64,000 bases of DNA from Eledone cirrhosa (taxonomy: Eukaryota). The stretch covers positions 410,502,001 through 410,566,000 of the forward strand of contig OZ024741.1 of assembly GCA_964016885.1 (NCBI GenBank). Direction: 5' to 3'. Below are positions 1 through 15,160 of this stretch, piece by piece (positions within the stretch are counted from its first letter, which is position 1; every line of letters starts with the position of its first letter). Both the position numbers and the translations under genes were made by a program. The notes beneath the pieces were generated by a model. It searched no databases, was not told the origin of the DNA, and was given only the letters and a program-made list of their open reading frames with translations.

Positions 1-3000
1 TAAATCACCAGCAACTACTGTCTCTGAGCAACCTCTACTTCTGTAAATTAAAACAGCAGAAACTACTGTCTCTAAGCAACCTACATCTCTTCTAACGAAA
101 TCACCAGCAACTACTGTCTTTGAGCAACCTCTACTTCTGTAAATTAAATCACCAGCAACTGGTGTCTCTCAGCAACCTCCACGTCTTCAAATTAAATCAC
201 CAGCAACTACTGTCTCTAAGCAATCTCCACTTTTTATAATTAAATCACCAGCAACTACTGTCTCTGCGGGGCCTAAACTTCTGTAAATTAAATCACTAGC
301 AACTACTGTCTCTGAGCAACCTCTATATCTGAAAATTAAATCACCATCAACTACTGCCGTTGAGCAACCTCTATTTCTGTAAATTAAATCACCAGCAACT
401 ACTGTCTCTAAGCAACCTCCACCTTTACTAATTAAATCACCAGCAACAACTGTCTCTCAGCAAACTACACATTTACTAATTAAATCAGCAGCAACCACTG
501 TCTTTAAGCAAACCCCACCTTTACTAATTAAATCACCAGCAACTACTGTCTCTACGCAACCTTCAACTTTACTAATTAATTCACCAGCAACTACTGTCTC
601 TAAGTAACCTCCACCTTTACTAATTAAATCACCAACAACCACTGCCTCTAAGTAACCCCCACCTTCACTAATTAAATAACAGCAACTACTGTCTCTGAGA
701 AATCTCCACCTCTTCTAATTAAATCACCAGTAACTACTGTCTCTGAGCAACCTCCACCTCTTCTAATTAAATCAGCAGCAACTACTGTCTCTGAGGAGCC
801 TAAACTTCTGTAAATTAAATCACCAGCAACTACAGTCTCTGAGCAACATCTACTTCTGTAAATTAAATCCCCTGCAACTACTGTCTATGAGGAGCCTAAA
901 CTTCTGTAAATTAAATCACCGGCAACTAATGTCTCTAAGCAACCTCCACCTCTACTAATTAAAATCACCAGCAACTACTGTCTCCGAGCAACCTCCACAT
1001 CTACTAATTAAATCACCAGCAACTACTGTCTCTGAGCAACCTCTACTTCTGTAAATTAAATCACCAGCAACTACTGTCTTTGACCAACCTCTACATCTGT
1101 AACTTAAATCATCAGCAACTACTGTCTTTGACCAACCTCTACTTCTGTAAATTAAATCACCAGCAACTACTGTCTCTGAGCAACCTCTACTTCTGTAAAT
1201 TAAATCACCAGCAACTACTGTCTCTGAGGAGCCACTATTTCTGTAAATTAAATCACCAGCAACTACTGTCTCTGAGGAGCCTTTATTTCTGTAAATTAAA
1301 TCACCAGCAACTACTGTCTCTAAGCAACCTCTACCTCTACTAATTAAATCACCAGCAACAACTGTCTCTGAACAACCTCAGCCTTTTCTAATTAAATCAG
1401 CAGCAACCACTGTCTCTAATCAACCCCCACCTTTACTAATTAAATCACCAGCAACTACTGTCTCTGAGCACCCTCCACCTCTACTAATTAAATCACCAGC
1501 AACTACTGTCTCTGAGGAGCCTCTACTTCTGTAATTTAAATCACCAGCAACTACTGTCTATGAGGAGCCTAAACTTCTGTAAATTAAGTCACCGGCAACT
1601 ACTGTCTCTAAGCAACCTCCACCTCTACTAATTAAAATCACCAGCAACTAATGTCTCCGAGCAATCTCCACATCTACTAATTAAATCACCAGCAACTAGT
1701 GTCTCTCAGCACCCTCCACTTTTTATAATTAAATCACCAGCAACTACTGTCTCTGACCAACCTCTACTTCTGTAAATTAAATCACCATAAACTACTACCT
1801 TTGAGCATCCTCTACTCCTGCAAATTAAATCAGCAGCAACTACTGTCTCTGAGCAACCTCTATTTCTGTAAATTAAATCACCAGCAACTACTGTCTCTAA
1901 GCAACCGCCACTTTTACTAATTAAATCACCAGCAACTACTGTCTCTCAGCAACCTCCACCTTTACTAATTAAATCACCAGCAACCACTGTCTTTAAGCAA
2001 ACCCCACCTTTACTAATTAAATCACCAGCAACTACTGTCTCTAAGCAACCTCCAACTTTACTAATTAAATCACCAGCAGCTACTGTCTCTAAGCAACCGC
2101 CACCTTTACTAATAAAATAACAGCAACTACTGTCTCTGAGAAATCTCCACTTCTTCTAATTAAATCACCAGTAACTACTGTCTCTGAGCAACCTCCACCT
2201 CTTCTAATTTAATCAGCAGCAACTACTGTCTCTGAGGAGCCTAAACTTCTGTAAATTAAATCACCAGCAACTACTGTCTCTGAGCAGCCTCTACTTCTGT
2301 AAATTAAATCACCAGCAACTAATGTCTATGAGGAGCCTAAACTTCTGTAAATTAAATCACCGGCAACTACTGTCTCTAAGCAAATTCCACCTCTACTAAT
2401 TAAAATCACCAGCAACTACTGTCTCCGTCAACCTCCACATCTACTAATTAAATCACCAGCGACTACTGTCTCTGAGCAACCTCTACTTCTATAAATTAAA
2501 TCACCAGCAACTACTGTCTTTGACCAACGTCTACTTCTGTAAATTAAATCACCAGCAACTACTGTCTTTGACCAACCTCTATATCTGTAACTTAAATCAC
2601 CAGCAACTACTGTCTTTGACCAACCTCTACTTCTGTAAATTAAATCACCAGCAACTACTGTCTCTGAGCAACCTCTACTTCTGTAAATTAAATCACCAGC
2701 AACTACTCTCTCTGAGGAGCCACTATTTCTGTAAATTAAATCACCAGCAACTACTGTCTCTGAGGAGCCTTTATTTCTGTAAATTAAATCACCAGCAACT
2801 ACTGTCTCTAAGCAACCTCTACCTCTACTATTTAAATCACCAGCAACTACTGTCTCTGAGCAACCTCCACCTTTTCTAATTAAATCAGCAGCAACCACTG
2901 TCTCTAATCAACCCCCACCTTTACTAATTAAATCACCAGCAACTACTGTCTCCAAGCAACCTCCACATCTGCTAATTAAATCACCAGCAACTACTGTCTC

Positions 3001-6000
3001 TGAGGAACCTCTACTTCTGTAAATTAAATCACCAGCAACTGCTGTCTCTGAGCAACCTCTACTTCTGTAAATTAAATCACCAGCAACTACTGTCTTTGAC
3101 CAACCTCTACTTCTGTAAATTAAATCACCAGCAACTACTGTCTTTGACCAACCTCTATATCTGTAACTTAAATCACCAGCAACTACTGTCTTTGACCAAC
3201 CTCTACTTCTGTAAATTAAATCAGCAGCAACTACTGTCTCTGAGCAGCCTCTACTTCTGTAAATTAAATCACCAACAACTACTGTCTCTAAGCAACCTAC
3301 ACCTCTTCTAATAAAATCCCCAGCAACTACTGTCTTTGAGAACCCTCTACTTCTGTAAATTAAATCAACAGCAACTACTGTCTCTGAGCATCCTCTACTT
3401 CTGTAAATTAAATCACCAGCAACTACTGCCTCTGAGCAACCAGTACTTCTGTAAATGAAATCACAATCAACTAGTCTGTGAGAAGCCTCTATTTCTGTAA
3501 ATTAAATCACCAGCAAATACTCTGTCTAAGCAACCTCCACCTTTACTAATTAAATCACCAGCAACTACTGTCTCTCAGCAACCTCCACCTTTACTAATTA
3601 AATCACCAGCAACCACTGTTTTCAAGCAAACCCCACCTTTACTAATTAAATCACCAGCAAATACTGTCTCTAAGGAACCTCCAACTTTACTAATTAATTC
3701 ACCAGCAACTACTGTCTCTAAGCAACCTCCACCTTTACTAATTAAATCACCAACAACAACTGCCTCTAAGCAACCCCCACCTTTACTAATTAAATCACCA
3801 GCAGCTACTGTCTCTAAGCAACCCCCACCTTTACTAATTAAATAACAGCAAATACTGTCTCTGAGAAATCTCCACCTCTTCTAATTAAATCACCAGTAAC
3901 TACTGTCTCTGAGCAACCTCCACCTCTTCTAATTAAATCAGCAGCAACTACTGTCTCTGAGGAGCCTAAACTTCTGTAAATTAAATCACCAGCAACTACT
4001 GTCTCTGAGCAACCTCTACTTCTGCAAATTAAATCACCAGCAACTACTGTCTATGAGGAGCCTAAACTTATGTAAATTAAATCACCGGCAACTACTGTCT
4101 CTGAGCCACCTCCACATCTTCTAATTAAATCACCAGCAACTACTGTCTCTGAGGAGCCTCTACTTCTTTAAATTAAATCACCAGTAACTACTGTCTCTGA
4201 GCTACCTCCACCTCTACTAATTAAATCCCCAGCAACTACCGGCTCTGAGCAACCTCTACTTCTGTGAATTAAATCACCAGCAACTACTGTCTCTAAGCAA
4301 CCTACACCTCTTCTAACGAAATCACCAGCACTTCTGTCTTTGAGCAACCTCTACTTCTGTAAATTAAATCACCAGCAACTAGTGTCTCTCAGCAACCTCC
4401 ACGTCTTCAAATTAAATCACCAGCAACTACTGTCTCTAAGCAACATCCACCTCTACTAATTAAATCACCAGCAACTACTGACTCTGAGCACCCTCCACCT
4501 GTACTAATTAAATCACCAGCAACTACTGTCTCTAAGGAGCCTCTACTTCTGTAAATTAAATCACCAGCAACTACTGTCTATGAGGAGCCTAAACTTCTGT
4601 AAATGAAATCACCGACAACTACTGTCTCTAAGCAACCTCCACCTCTACTAGTTAAAATCACCAGCAACTAATGTCTCCGAGCAACCTCCACATCTACTAA
4701 TTAAATCACCAGCAACTACTGTCTCTGAGCAACCTCTACTTCTGTAAATTAAAACAGCAGAAACTACTGTCTCTAAGCAACCTACATCTCTTCTAACGAA
4801 ATCACCAGCAACTACTGTCTTTGATCGACCTCTACTTCTGTAAATTAAATCACCAGCAACTGGTGTCTCTCAGCAACCTCCACGTCTTCAAATTAAATCA
4901 CCAGCAACTACTGTCTCTAAGCAATCTCCACTTTTTATAATTAAATCACCAGCAACTACTGTCTCTGACCAACCTCTACTTCTGTAAATTAAATCACCGG
5001 CAACGACAGTCTCTAAGCAACCTCCACCTTTACTAATTAAATCACCAGCAACAACTGTCTCTCAGCAACCTACACCTTTACTAATTAAATCAGCAGCAAC
5101 TACTGTCTCTAAGCAACCTTCAACTTTACTAATTAATTCACCAGCAACTACTGTCTCTAAGTAACCTCCAGCTTTACTAATTAAATCACCAACAACCACT
5201 GCCTCTAAGTAATCCCCACCTTCACTAATTAAATAACAGCAACTACTGTCTCTGAGAAATCTCCACCTCTTCTAATTAAATCACCAGTAACTACTGTCTC
5301 TGAGCAACCTCCACCTCTTCTAATTAAATCAGCAGCAACTACTGTCTCTGAGGAGCCTAAACTTCTGTAAATTAAATCACCAGCAACTACAGTCTCTGAG
5401 CAACCTCTACTTCTGTGAATTAAATCACCAGCAACTACTGTCTATGAGGAGCCTAAACTTCTGTAAATTAAATCACCGGCAACTACTGTCTCTAAGCAAC
5501 CTCCACCTCTACTAATTAAATCACCAGCAACTACTGTCTCTGAGCAACCTCTACTTCTGTAAATTAAATCACCAGCAACTACTGTCTTTGACCAACCTCT
5601 ACATCTGTAACTTAAATCACCAGCAACTACTGTCTTTGACCAACCTCTACTTCTGTAAATTAAATCACCAGCAACTACTGTCTCTAAGCAACCTCTACTT
5701 CTGTAAATTAAATCACCAGCAACTACTGTCTCTGAGGAGCCACTATTTCTGTAAATTAAATCACCAGCAACTACTGTCTCTGAGGAGCCTTTATTTCTGT
5801 AAATTAAATCACCAGCAACTACTGTCTCTAAGCAACCTCTACCTCTACTAATTAAATCACCAGCAACAACTGTCTCTGAACAACCTCAGCCTTTTCTAAT
5901 TAAATCAGCAGCAACCACTGTCTCTAATCAACCCCCACCTTTACTAATTAAATCACCAGCAACTACTGTCTCTGAGCACCCTCCACCTCTACTAATTAAA

Positions 6001-8550
6001 TCACCAGCAACTACTGTCTCTGAGGAGCCTCTACTTCTGTAAATTAAATCACCAGCAACTACTGTCTATGAGCAGCCTAAACTTCTGTAAATTAAATCAC
6101 CGGCAACTACTGTCTCTAAGCAACCTCCACCTCTACTAATTAAAATCACCAGCAACTAATGTCTCCGAGCAATCTCCACATTTACTAATTAAATCACCAG
6201 CAACTAGTATCTCTCAGCAACCTCCACGTCTTCAAATTAAATCACCAGCAACTACTGTCTCTAAGCAATCTCCACTTCTTATAATTAAATCACCAGCAAC
6301 TACCGTCTCTGACCAACATCTACTTCTGTAAATTAAATCACCATAAACTACTACCTTTGAGCATCCTCTACTTCTGCAAATTAAATCACCAGCAACTACT
6401 GTCTCTGAGCAACCTCTATTTCTGTAAATTAAATCACCAGCAACTACTGTCTCTAAGCAACCGCCACTTTTACTAATTAAATCACCAGCAACTACTGTCT
6501 CTCAGCAACCTCCACCTTTACTAATTAAATCACCAGCAACCACTGTCTTTAAGCAAACCCCACCTTTACTAATTAAATAACAGCAAATACTGTCTCTAAT
6601 CAACCCCCACCTTTACTAATTAAATCACCAGCAACTACTGTCTCTGAGGAACCTCTACTTCTGTAAATTAAATCACCAGCAACTACTTTCTCTGAGCAAC
6701 CTCTACTTCTGTAAATTAAATCACCAGCAACTACTGTCTTTGACGAACCTCTACTTCTGTAAATTAAATCACCAGCAACTACTGTCTATGAGGAGCCTAA
6801 ACTTCTGTAAATTAAATCACCGGCAACTACTGTCTCTAAGCAAACTCCACCTCTACTAATTAAAATCACCAGCAACTACTGTCTCCGAGCAACCTCCACA
6901 TCTACTAATTAAATCACCAGCAACTACTGTCTCTGGGCAACCTCTACTTCTATAAATTAAATCACCAGCAACTACTGTCTTTGACCAACGTCTACTTCTG
7001 TAAATTAAATCACCAGCAACTACTGTCTCTGAGGAGCCACTATTTCTGTAAATTAAATCACCAGCAACTACTGTCTCTGAGGAGCCTTTATTTCTGTAAA
7101 TTAAATCACCAGCAACTACTGTCTCTAAGCAACCTCTACCTCTACTAATTAAATCACCAGCAACAACTGTCTCTGAGCAACCTCCACCTTTTCTAATTAA
7201 ATCAGCAGCAACCACTGTCTCTAATCAACCCCCACCTTTACTAATAAAATCACCAGCAACTACTGTCTCTAAGCAACCTCCACATCTGCTAATTAAATCC
7301 CCAGCAACTACTGTCTCTGAGCAACCTCTACTTCTGTAACTTAAATCACCAGCAACTACTGTCTCTGAGGAGCCTCTACTTCTGTAAATTAAATCACCAA
7401 CAACTACTGTCTCTAAGCAACCTACACCTCTTCTAATTAAATCCCCAGCAACTACTGTCTTTGAGAACCCTCTACTTCTGTAAATTAAATCAACAGCAAC
7501 TACTGTCTCTTAGCATCCTCTACTTCTGTAAATTAAATCACCAGCAACTACTGCCTCTGAGCAACCTCTACTTCTGTAAATGAAATCACAATCAACTAGT
7601 CTGTGAGGAGCCTCTATTTCTATAAATTAAATCACCATCAAATACTGTCTCTAAGCAACCTCCACATTTACTAATTAAATCACCAGCAACTACTGTCTCT
7701 CAGCAACCTCCACCTTTACTAATTAAATCACCAGCAACCACTGTCTTCAAGGAAACCCCACCTTTACTAATTAAATCACCAGCAAATACTGTCTCTAAGC
7801 AACCTCCAACTTTACTAATTAATTCACCAGCAACTACTGTCTCTAAGCAACCTCCACCTTTACTAATTAAATCACCAACAACAACTGCCTCTAAGCAACC
7901 CCCACCTTTACTAATTAAATCACCAGCAGCTACTGTCTCTAAGCAACCCCCACCTTTACTAATTAAATAACAGCAACTACTGTCTCTGAGAAATCTCCAC
8001 CTCTTCTAATTAAATCACCAGTAACTACTGTCTCTGAGCAACCTCCACCTCTTCTAATTAAATCAGCAGCAACTACTGTCTCTGAGGAACCTAAACTTCT
8101 GTAAATTAAATCACCAGCAACTACTGTCTATGAGGAGCCTAAACTTCTGTAAATTAAATCACCGGCAACTACTGTCTCTAAGCAACCTCCACCTCTATTA
8201 ACTAAAATCACCAGCAACTACTGTCTCCGAGCAACCTCCACATCTACTAATTAAATCACCAGCAACTACTGTCTCTGAGGAGCCTCTACTTCAGTAAATT
8301 AAATCACCAGCAACTACTGTCTCTGAGCAACCTCCACCTCTACTAATTAAATCCCCAGCAACTACCGGCTCTGAGCAACCTCTACTTCTGTGAATTAAAT
8401 CACCAGCAACTACTGTCTCTAAGCAACCTACACCTCTTCTAACGAAATCACCAGCACTACTGTCTTTGAGCAACCTCTACTTCTGTAAATTAAATCACCA
8501 GCAACTAGTGTCTCTCAGCAACCTCCACGTCTTCAAATTAAATCACCAGC
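1..8550 (+). repeat. Two diverged copies of a ~4.1-4.7-kb higher-order block (copy 2 starts at ~4700)
   Basis: Rare markers occur in the same order in both copies: AAACAGCAGAAACT at 51/4752 (offset 4701), identical ORF peptides at 1080/5588 (4508), ORF ends at 2898/7215 (4317), TCACAATCAACTAGT at 3461/7586 (4125) and GGCTCTGAGC at 4241/8367 (4126). Confidence 0.85.
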
Positions 8551-11500
8551 AACTACTGTCTCTGACCAACCTCTACTTCTGTAAATTAAATCACTAGCAA
8601 CTACTGTCTCTGAGCAAACTCTACTTCTGTAAATTAAATCGCCAGCAACTACTGTCTAGGAGGAGCCTCTATTTGTGTAAATTAAATCACCAGCAACTAC
8701 TGTCTCTAAGCAACCTCCACCTCTACTAATTAAATCACCAGCAGCTACTGTCTCTAAGCAACCCCCACCTTTACTAATTAAATAACAGCAACTACTGTCT
8801 CTGAGAAATCTCCACCTCTTCTAATTAAATCACCAGTAACTACTGTCTCTGAGCAACCTCCACCTCTTCTAATTAAATCAGCAGCAACTACTGTCTCTGA
8901 GGAGCCTAAACTTCTGTAAATTAAATCACCAGCAACTACTGTCTATGAGGAGCCTAAACTTCTGTAACTTAAATCACCGGCAACTACTGTCTCTAAGCAA
9001 CCTCCACCTCTACTAATTAAAATCACCACAACAAATATCTCCGAGCAATCTCCACATCTACTAATTAAATCACCAGCAACTACTGTCTCTGAGGAGCCTC
9101 TACTTCTGTAAATTAAATCACCAGCAACTACTGTCTCTGAGCAACCTCTACTTCTGTAAATTAAATCACTATCAACTACTGTCTAGGAGGAGCCTCTATT
9201 TGTGTAAATTAAATCACCAGCAACTACTGTCTCTAAGCAACCTCCACCTCTACTAATTAAATCACCAGCAACTACTGTCTCTGAGCACCCTCCACCTCTA
9301 CTAATTAAATGACCAGCAACTACTGTCTCTGAGGAGCCTCTACTTCTGTAAATTAAATCACCGGCAACTACTGTCTCTAAGCAGCCTCCACCTCTACTAA
9401 TTAAATCACGAGCAAATACCTTCTCTGAGGAGCATCTACTTCTGTAAATTAAATCACCAGCAACTAATGTCTCTAAGCAACCTATCCTTCTGTAAATTAA
9501 ATCACCAGCAACTACTGTCTCTGAGGAGCCTCTATTTCTGTAAAATAAATTACCAGCAACTACTATCTCTAAGCAACCTCCACCTCTACTAATTAAATCA
9601 CCAGCAACTACTGTCTCTGAGGAGCCTCTATTTCTGTAAATTAAATCACCAGCAAATACTTTCTCTGAGCAGCCTCCACCTCTACTAATTAAATCACCAG
9701 CAACTACCGTGTCTGAGCAACCTCTACTTCTGTAAAATAAATCACCAGCAACTACTGTCTCTAAGCAAACTACACTTCTTCTAACGAAATCACCAGCAAG
9801 TACTGTATTTGAGCAACTTCTACTTCTGTGAATTAAATCACCAGCAACTACTGCCTTTGAGCAACCTCTACTTCTGTAAATTAAATCACCAGCAACTAGT
9901 CTCTGAGGAGCCTCTACTTCTGTAAATTACATCACTAGCAACTACTGTCTCTGAGCAACCTCTACATCTGTAAATTAAATCAACAGCAACTACTGTCTCT
10001 AATCAACCTATACTTCTGTAAATTAAATCACCAGCAACTACTGTCTCTGAGGAGCCTCTACTTCTGTAAATTAAATCACCAACAACTACTATCTCTGAGC
10101 AACCTCCACCTCTACTAATTAAATAACCAGCAACTACTGCCTTTGAGCAACCTCTACTTCTGTAAATTAAATAACCAGCAACTAGTCTCTGAGGAGCCTC
10201 TACTTCTGTAAATTAAATCATCAGAAACTACTGTCTCTAAGCAACCTCCAACTCTACTAATTAAATAACCAGCAACTACTGTCTCTGACCAACCTCTACT
10301 TCTGTAAATTAAATCAAAAGCAACTACAGTGTCTGAGCATCCTCTACTTCTGTAAATTAAATCACCAGCAACTAGTCTGTGAGGAGCCTATATTTCTGTA
10401 AATTAAATCAACAGCAACTACTGTCTCTAAGCAACCTCCACCTTTACTAATTAAATCACCAGCAACTACTGTCTCTCAGCAACCTCCAACTTTACTAATT
10501 AAATCACCAGCAACTACTCTCTCTAAGCAACCCCCACCTTTACTAATCAAATCACCAGCATCTACTGTCTCTGAGCAACCTCCACCTCTTCTAATTAAAT
10601 CAGCAGCAACTACTGTCTCTGAGGAGCCTAAACCTCTGTAAATTAAATCATAAGCAACTAGTGTCTCTCAGCAACCTCCACGTCTTCAAATTAAATCACC
10701 AGCAACTACTGTCTCTAAGCAACCTCCACTTCTTATAATTAAATCACCAGCAACTACTGTCTCTGACCAACCTCTACTTCTGTAAATTAAATCACTAGCA
10801 ACTACTGTCTCTGAGCAAACTCTACTTCTGTAAATTAAATCGCCAGCAACTACTGTCTAGGAGGAGCCTCTATTTGTGTAAATTAAATCACCAGCAACTA
10901 CTGTCTCTAAGCAACCTCCACCTCTACTAATTAAATACCAGCAACTACTGTCTCTAAGCAACCCCCACCTTTACTAATTAAATCACCAGCAACTACTCTC
11001 TCTAAGCAACCTCCACCTCTACTAATTAAAATCACCAGCAACTAGTGTCTCTGAGCACCCTCCACCTCTACTAATTAAATCACCAGCAACTACTGTCTCT
11101 GAGCAACCTCCACCTCTGATAATTAAATCACCAGCAACTACCGGCTCTAAGCAACCTCTACTTCTGTAAATTAAATCACCAGCAACTACTGTCTCTAAAC
11201 AACCTACACCTCTTCTAACGAAATCACCAGCAACTACTGTCTTTGAGCAACCTCTACTTCTGTAAATTAAATCACCAGCAACTAGTGTCTCTCAGCAACC
11301 TCCACGTCTTCAAATTAAATCACCAGCAACTACTGTCTCTAAGCGACCTCCACTTCTTATAATTAAATCACCAGCAACTACTGTCTAGGAGGAGCCTCTA
11401 TTTGTGTAAATTAAATCACCAGCAACTACTGTCTCTAAGCAACCTCCACCTCTACTAATTAAATCACCAGCAACTACTGTCTCTAAGCAACCTCCTCCTT

Positions 11501-13779
11501 TTCTAATTAAATCACCAACAACCACTGTCACTAAGCAACCTCCACCTTTACTAATTAAATCACCAGCAACTACTCTCTCTAAGCGACCCCCACCTTTACT
11601 AATTAAATCACCAGCAAATACTGTCTCTGAGGAGCCTCTACTTCTGTAAATTAAATCACCAGCAACTACTGTCTCTAAGCAACCTATACTTCTGTAAATT
11701 AAATCACCAACAACTACTGTCTCTGAGCAACCTCCACCTCTACTAATTAAATCACCAGCAACTACTGTCTCTTAGGAGCCTCTACTTCTGTAAATTAAAT
11801 CACCAGCAACTACTGTCTCTAAGCAACCTATCCTTCTGTAAATTAAATCACCAGCAACTACTGTCTCTGAGGAGCCTCTATTTCTGTAAATTAAATCACC
11901 CGCAACTACTGTATCTAGGCAACCACCACCTCTACTAATTAAATCCCCAGCAACTACTGTCTCTAAACAACCTCCACCTCTACTAATTAAATCACCAGCA
12001 ACTACTGTCTCTGAGGAGCCTCTATTTCTGTAAATTAAATCACCCGCAACTACTGTCTCTAGGCAACCACCACCTCTACTAATTAAATCCCCAGCAACTA
12101 CTGTCTCTAAGCAACCTCCACCTCTACTAATTAAATCACCAGCAACTACTGTCTCTAGGCAACCACCACCTCTACTAATTAAATCCCCAGCAACTACTGT
12201 CTCTAAGTAACCTCCACCTCTAATAATTAAATCACCAGCAACTACTGTCTCTAAGCAACCTCCACCTTTACTAATTAAATCACCAGTAACTACTGTCTCT
12301 AAGCAACCTCCACCTCTACTAATTAAATCACCAGCAACTACTTCCTCTAAGCAACCTCCACCTTTTCTAATTAAATCACCAGCAACCACTGTCACTAAGC
12401 AACCCCCACCTTTACTAATTAAATTACCAGCAACTACTGTCTCTAAGCAACCCCCACCTTTACTAATTAAATCACCAGCAACTACTCTCTCTAAGCAACC
12501 TCCACCTCTACTAATTAAAATCACCAGCAACTAGTGTCTCTGAGCACCCTCCACCTCTACTAATTAAATCACCAGCAACTACTGTCTCTGAGCAACCTCC
12601 ACCTCTGATAATTAAATCACCAGCAACTACCGGCTCTAAGCAACCTCTACTTCTGTAAATTAAATCACCAGCAACTACTGTCTCTAAGCAACCTACACCT
12701 CTTCTAGCGAAATCACCAGCAACTACTGTCTTTGAGCAACCTCTACTTCTGTAAATTAAATCACCAGCAACTAGTGTCTCTCAGCAACCTCCACGTCTTC
12801 AGATTAAATCACCAGCAACTACTGTCTCTAAGCGACCTCCACTTCTTATAATTAAATCACCAGCAACTACTGTCTAGGAGGAGCCTCTATTTGTGTAAAT
12901 TAAATCACCAGCAACTACTGTCTCTAAGCAACCTCCACCTCTACTAATTAAATCACCAGCAACTACTGTCTCTAAGCAACCTCCTCCTTTTCTAATTAAA
13001 TCACCAACAACCACTGTCACTAAGCAACCTCCACCTTTACTAATTAAATCACCAGCAACTACTGTCTCTAAGCAACCTCCACCTCTACTAATTAAAATCA
13101 CCAGCAACTACTGTCTCTGAGCACCCTCCACCTCTACTAATTAAATCACCAGCAAATACTGTCTCTGAGGAGCCTCTACTTCTGTAAATTAAATCACCAG
13201 CAACTACTGTCTCTAACCAACCTATACTTCTGTAAATTAAATCACCAACAACTACTGTCTCTGAGCAACCTCCACCTCTACTAATTAAATCACCAGCAAC
13301 TACTGTCTCTTAGGAGCCTCTACTTCTGTAAATTAAATCACCAGCAACTACTGTCTCTGAGGAGCCTCTATTTCTGTAAATTAAATCACCCGCAACTACT
13401 GTATCTAGGCAACCACCACCTCTACTAATTAAATCCCCAGCAACTACTGTCTCTAAACAACCTCCACCTTTACTAATTAAATCACCAGCAACTACTGTCT
13501 CTGAGGAGCCTCTATTTCTGTAAATTAAATCACCCGCAACTACTGTCTCTAGGCAACCACCACCTCTACTAATTAAATCCCCAGCAACTACTGTCTCTAA
13601 GCAACCTCCACTTCTACTAATTAAATCACCGGCAACTACTGTCTCTAGGCAACCACCACCTCTACTAATTAAATCCCCAGCAACTACTGTCTCTAAGTAA
13701 CCTCCACCTCTAATAATTAAATCACCAGCAACTACTGTCTCTGAGCACCCTCCACCTCTACTAATTAAATCATCAGCAA

Positions 13780-15160
13780 CTACTCTCTCTGAGCAACCTC
13801 CACCTCTGATAATTAAATCACCAGCAACTACCGGCTCTAAGCAACCTCTACTTCTGTAAATTAAATCACCAGCAACTACTGTCTCTAAGAAACCTACACC
13901 TCTTCTAACGAAATCACCAGCAACTACTGTCTTTGAGCAACCTCTTCTTCTGTAATTTAAATCACCAGCAACTAGTGTCTCTCAGCAACCTCCACGTCTT
14001 CAAATTAAATCACCAGCAACTACTGTCTCTAAGAACCTCCACTTCTTATAATTAAATCACCGGCAACTACTGTCTCTGACCAACCTCTACTTCTGTAAAT
14101 TAAATCACTAGCAACTACTGTCTCTGAGCAACCTCTACTTCTGTAAATTGAATCACCAGCAACTACTGTCTAGGATGAGCCTCTATTTGTGTAAATTAAA
14201 ACACCAGTAACTACTGTCTCTAAGCAACCTCCACCTCTACTAATTAAATCACCAGCAACTACTTCCTCTAAGCAACCTCCACCTTTTCTAATTAAATCAC
14301 CAGCAACCACTGTCACTAAGCAACCCCCACCTTTACTAATTAAATTACCAGCAACTACGGTCTCAAAGCAACCCCCACCTTTACTAATTAAATCACCAGC
14401 AACTACTGTCTCTAAGCAACCACCACCTCTACTAATTAAATCCCCAGCAACTACTGTCTCTAAGCAACCTCCACCTCTACTAATTAAATCACCAGCAACT
14501 ACTGTCTCTAAGTAACCTCCACCTCTAATAATTAAATCACCAGCAACTACTGTCTCTAAGCAACCTCCACCTTTACTAATTAAATCACCAGCAACTACTC
14601 TCTCTGAGCAACCTCCACCTCTGATAATTAAATCACCAGCAACTACCGGCTCTAAGCAACCTCTACTTCTGTAAATTAAATCACCAGCAACTACTGTCTC
14701 TAAGAAACCTACACCTCTTCTAACGAAATCACCAGCAACTACTGTCTTTGAGCAACCTCTTCTTCTGTAATTTAAATCACCAGCAACTAGTGTCTCTCAG
14801 CAACCTCCACGTCTTCAAATTAAATCACCAGCAACTACTGTCTCTAAGAACCTCCACTTCTTATAATTAAATCACCGGCAACTACTGTCTCTGACCAACC
14901 TCTACTTCTGTAAATTAAATCACTAGCAACTACTGTCTCTGAGCAACCTCTACTTCTGTAAATTGAATCACCAGCAACTACTGTCTAGGATGAGTCTCTA
15001 TTTGTGTAAATTAAAACACCAGTAACTACCGTCTCTAAGCAACTTCCACCTCTACTAATTAAATCACCAGCAACTACTTCCTCTAAGCAACCTCCACCTT
15101 TTCTAATTAAATCACCAGCAACCACTGTCACTAAGCACCCCCCACCTTTACTAATTAAAT
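13780..15160 (+). repeat. Local duplication with 815-bp offset (17 monomers -1)
   Basis: ACTTCTTATAATTAAATCACCGG at 14041 and 14856, with the same flanking variants (CTGATAATT, CCGGCTCTAAG, CTCTTCTTCTGTAATTT, TAGGATGAG). Confidence 0.8.

Noticed and set aside
2520-2879. Leucine-rich plus-strand ORFs (LNHQQLLSLSNLYFCK) resembling LRRs
   Set aside because: The 16-aa period is shorter than an LRR unit, and most A-type junctions put TAA in this frame.
3540-3840. G-quadruplex potential on the minus strand (GGTGGGGG/GGTGGAGG runs)
   Set aside because: There is at most one G3+ run per 48 bp, so a canonical G4 pattern with four G3 tracts and short loops is not met.
11772-12530. Longest ORF (252 aa) and the other minus-strand ETVVAGDLI-repeat ORFs as protein-coding genes
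   Set aside because: These are pure repeat translations with starts mostly at TTG/GTG. They are bounded by recurrent frameshift or stop variants that have been amplified freely, synonymous sites in the constant part are invariant, and there is no unique N- or C-terminal sequence.
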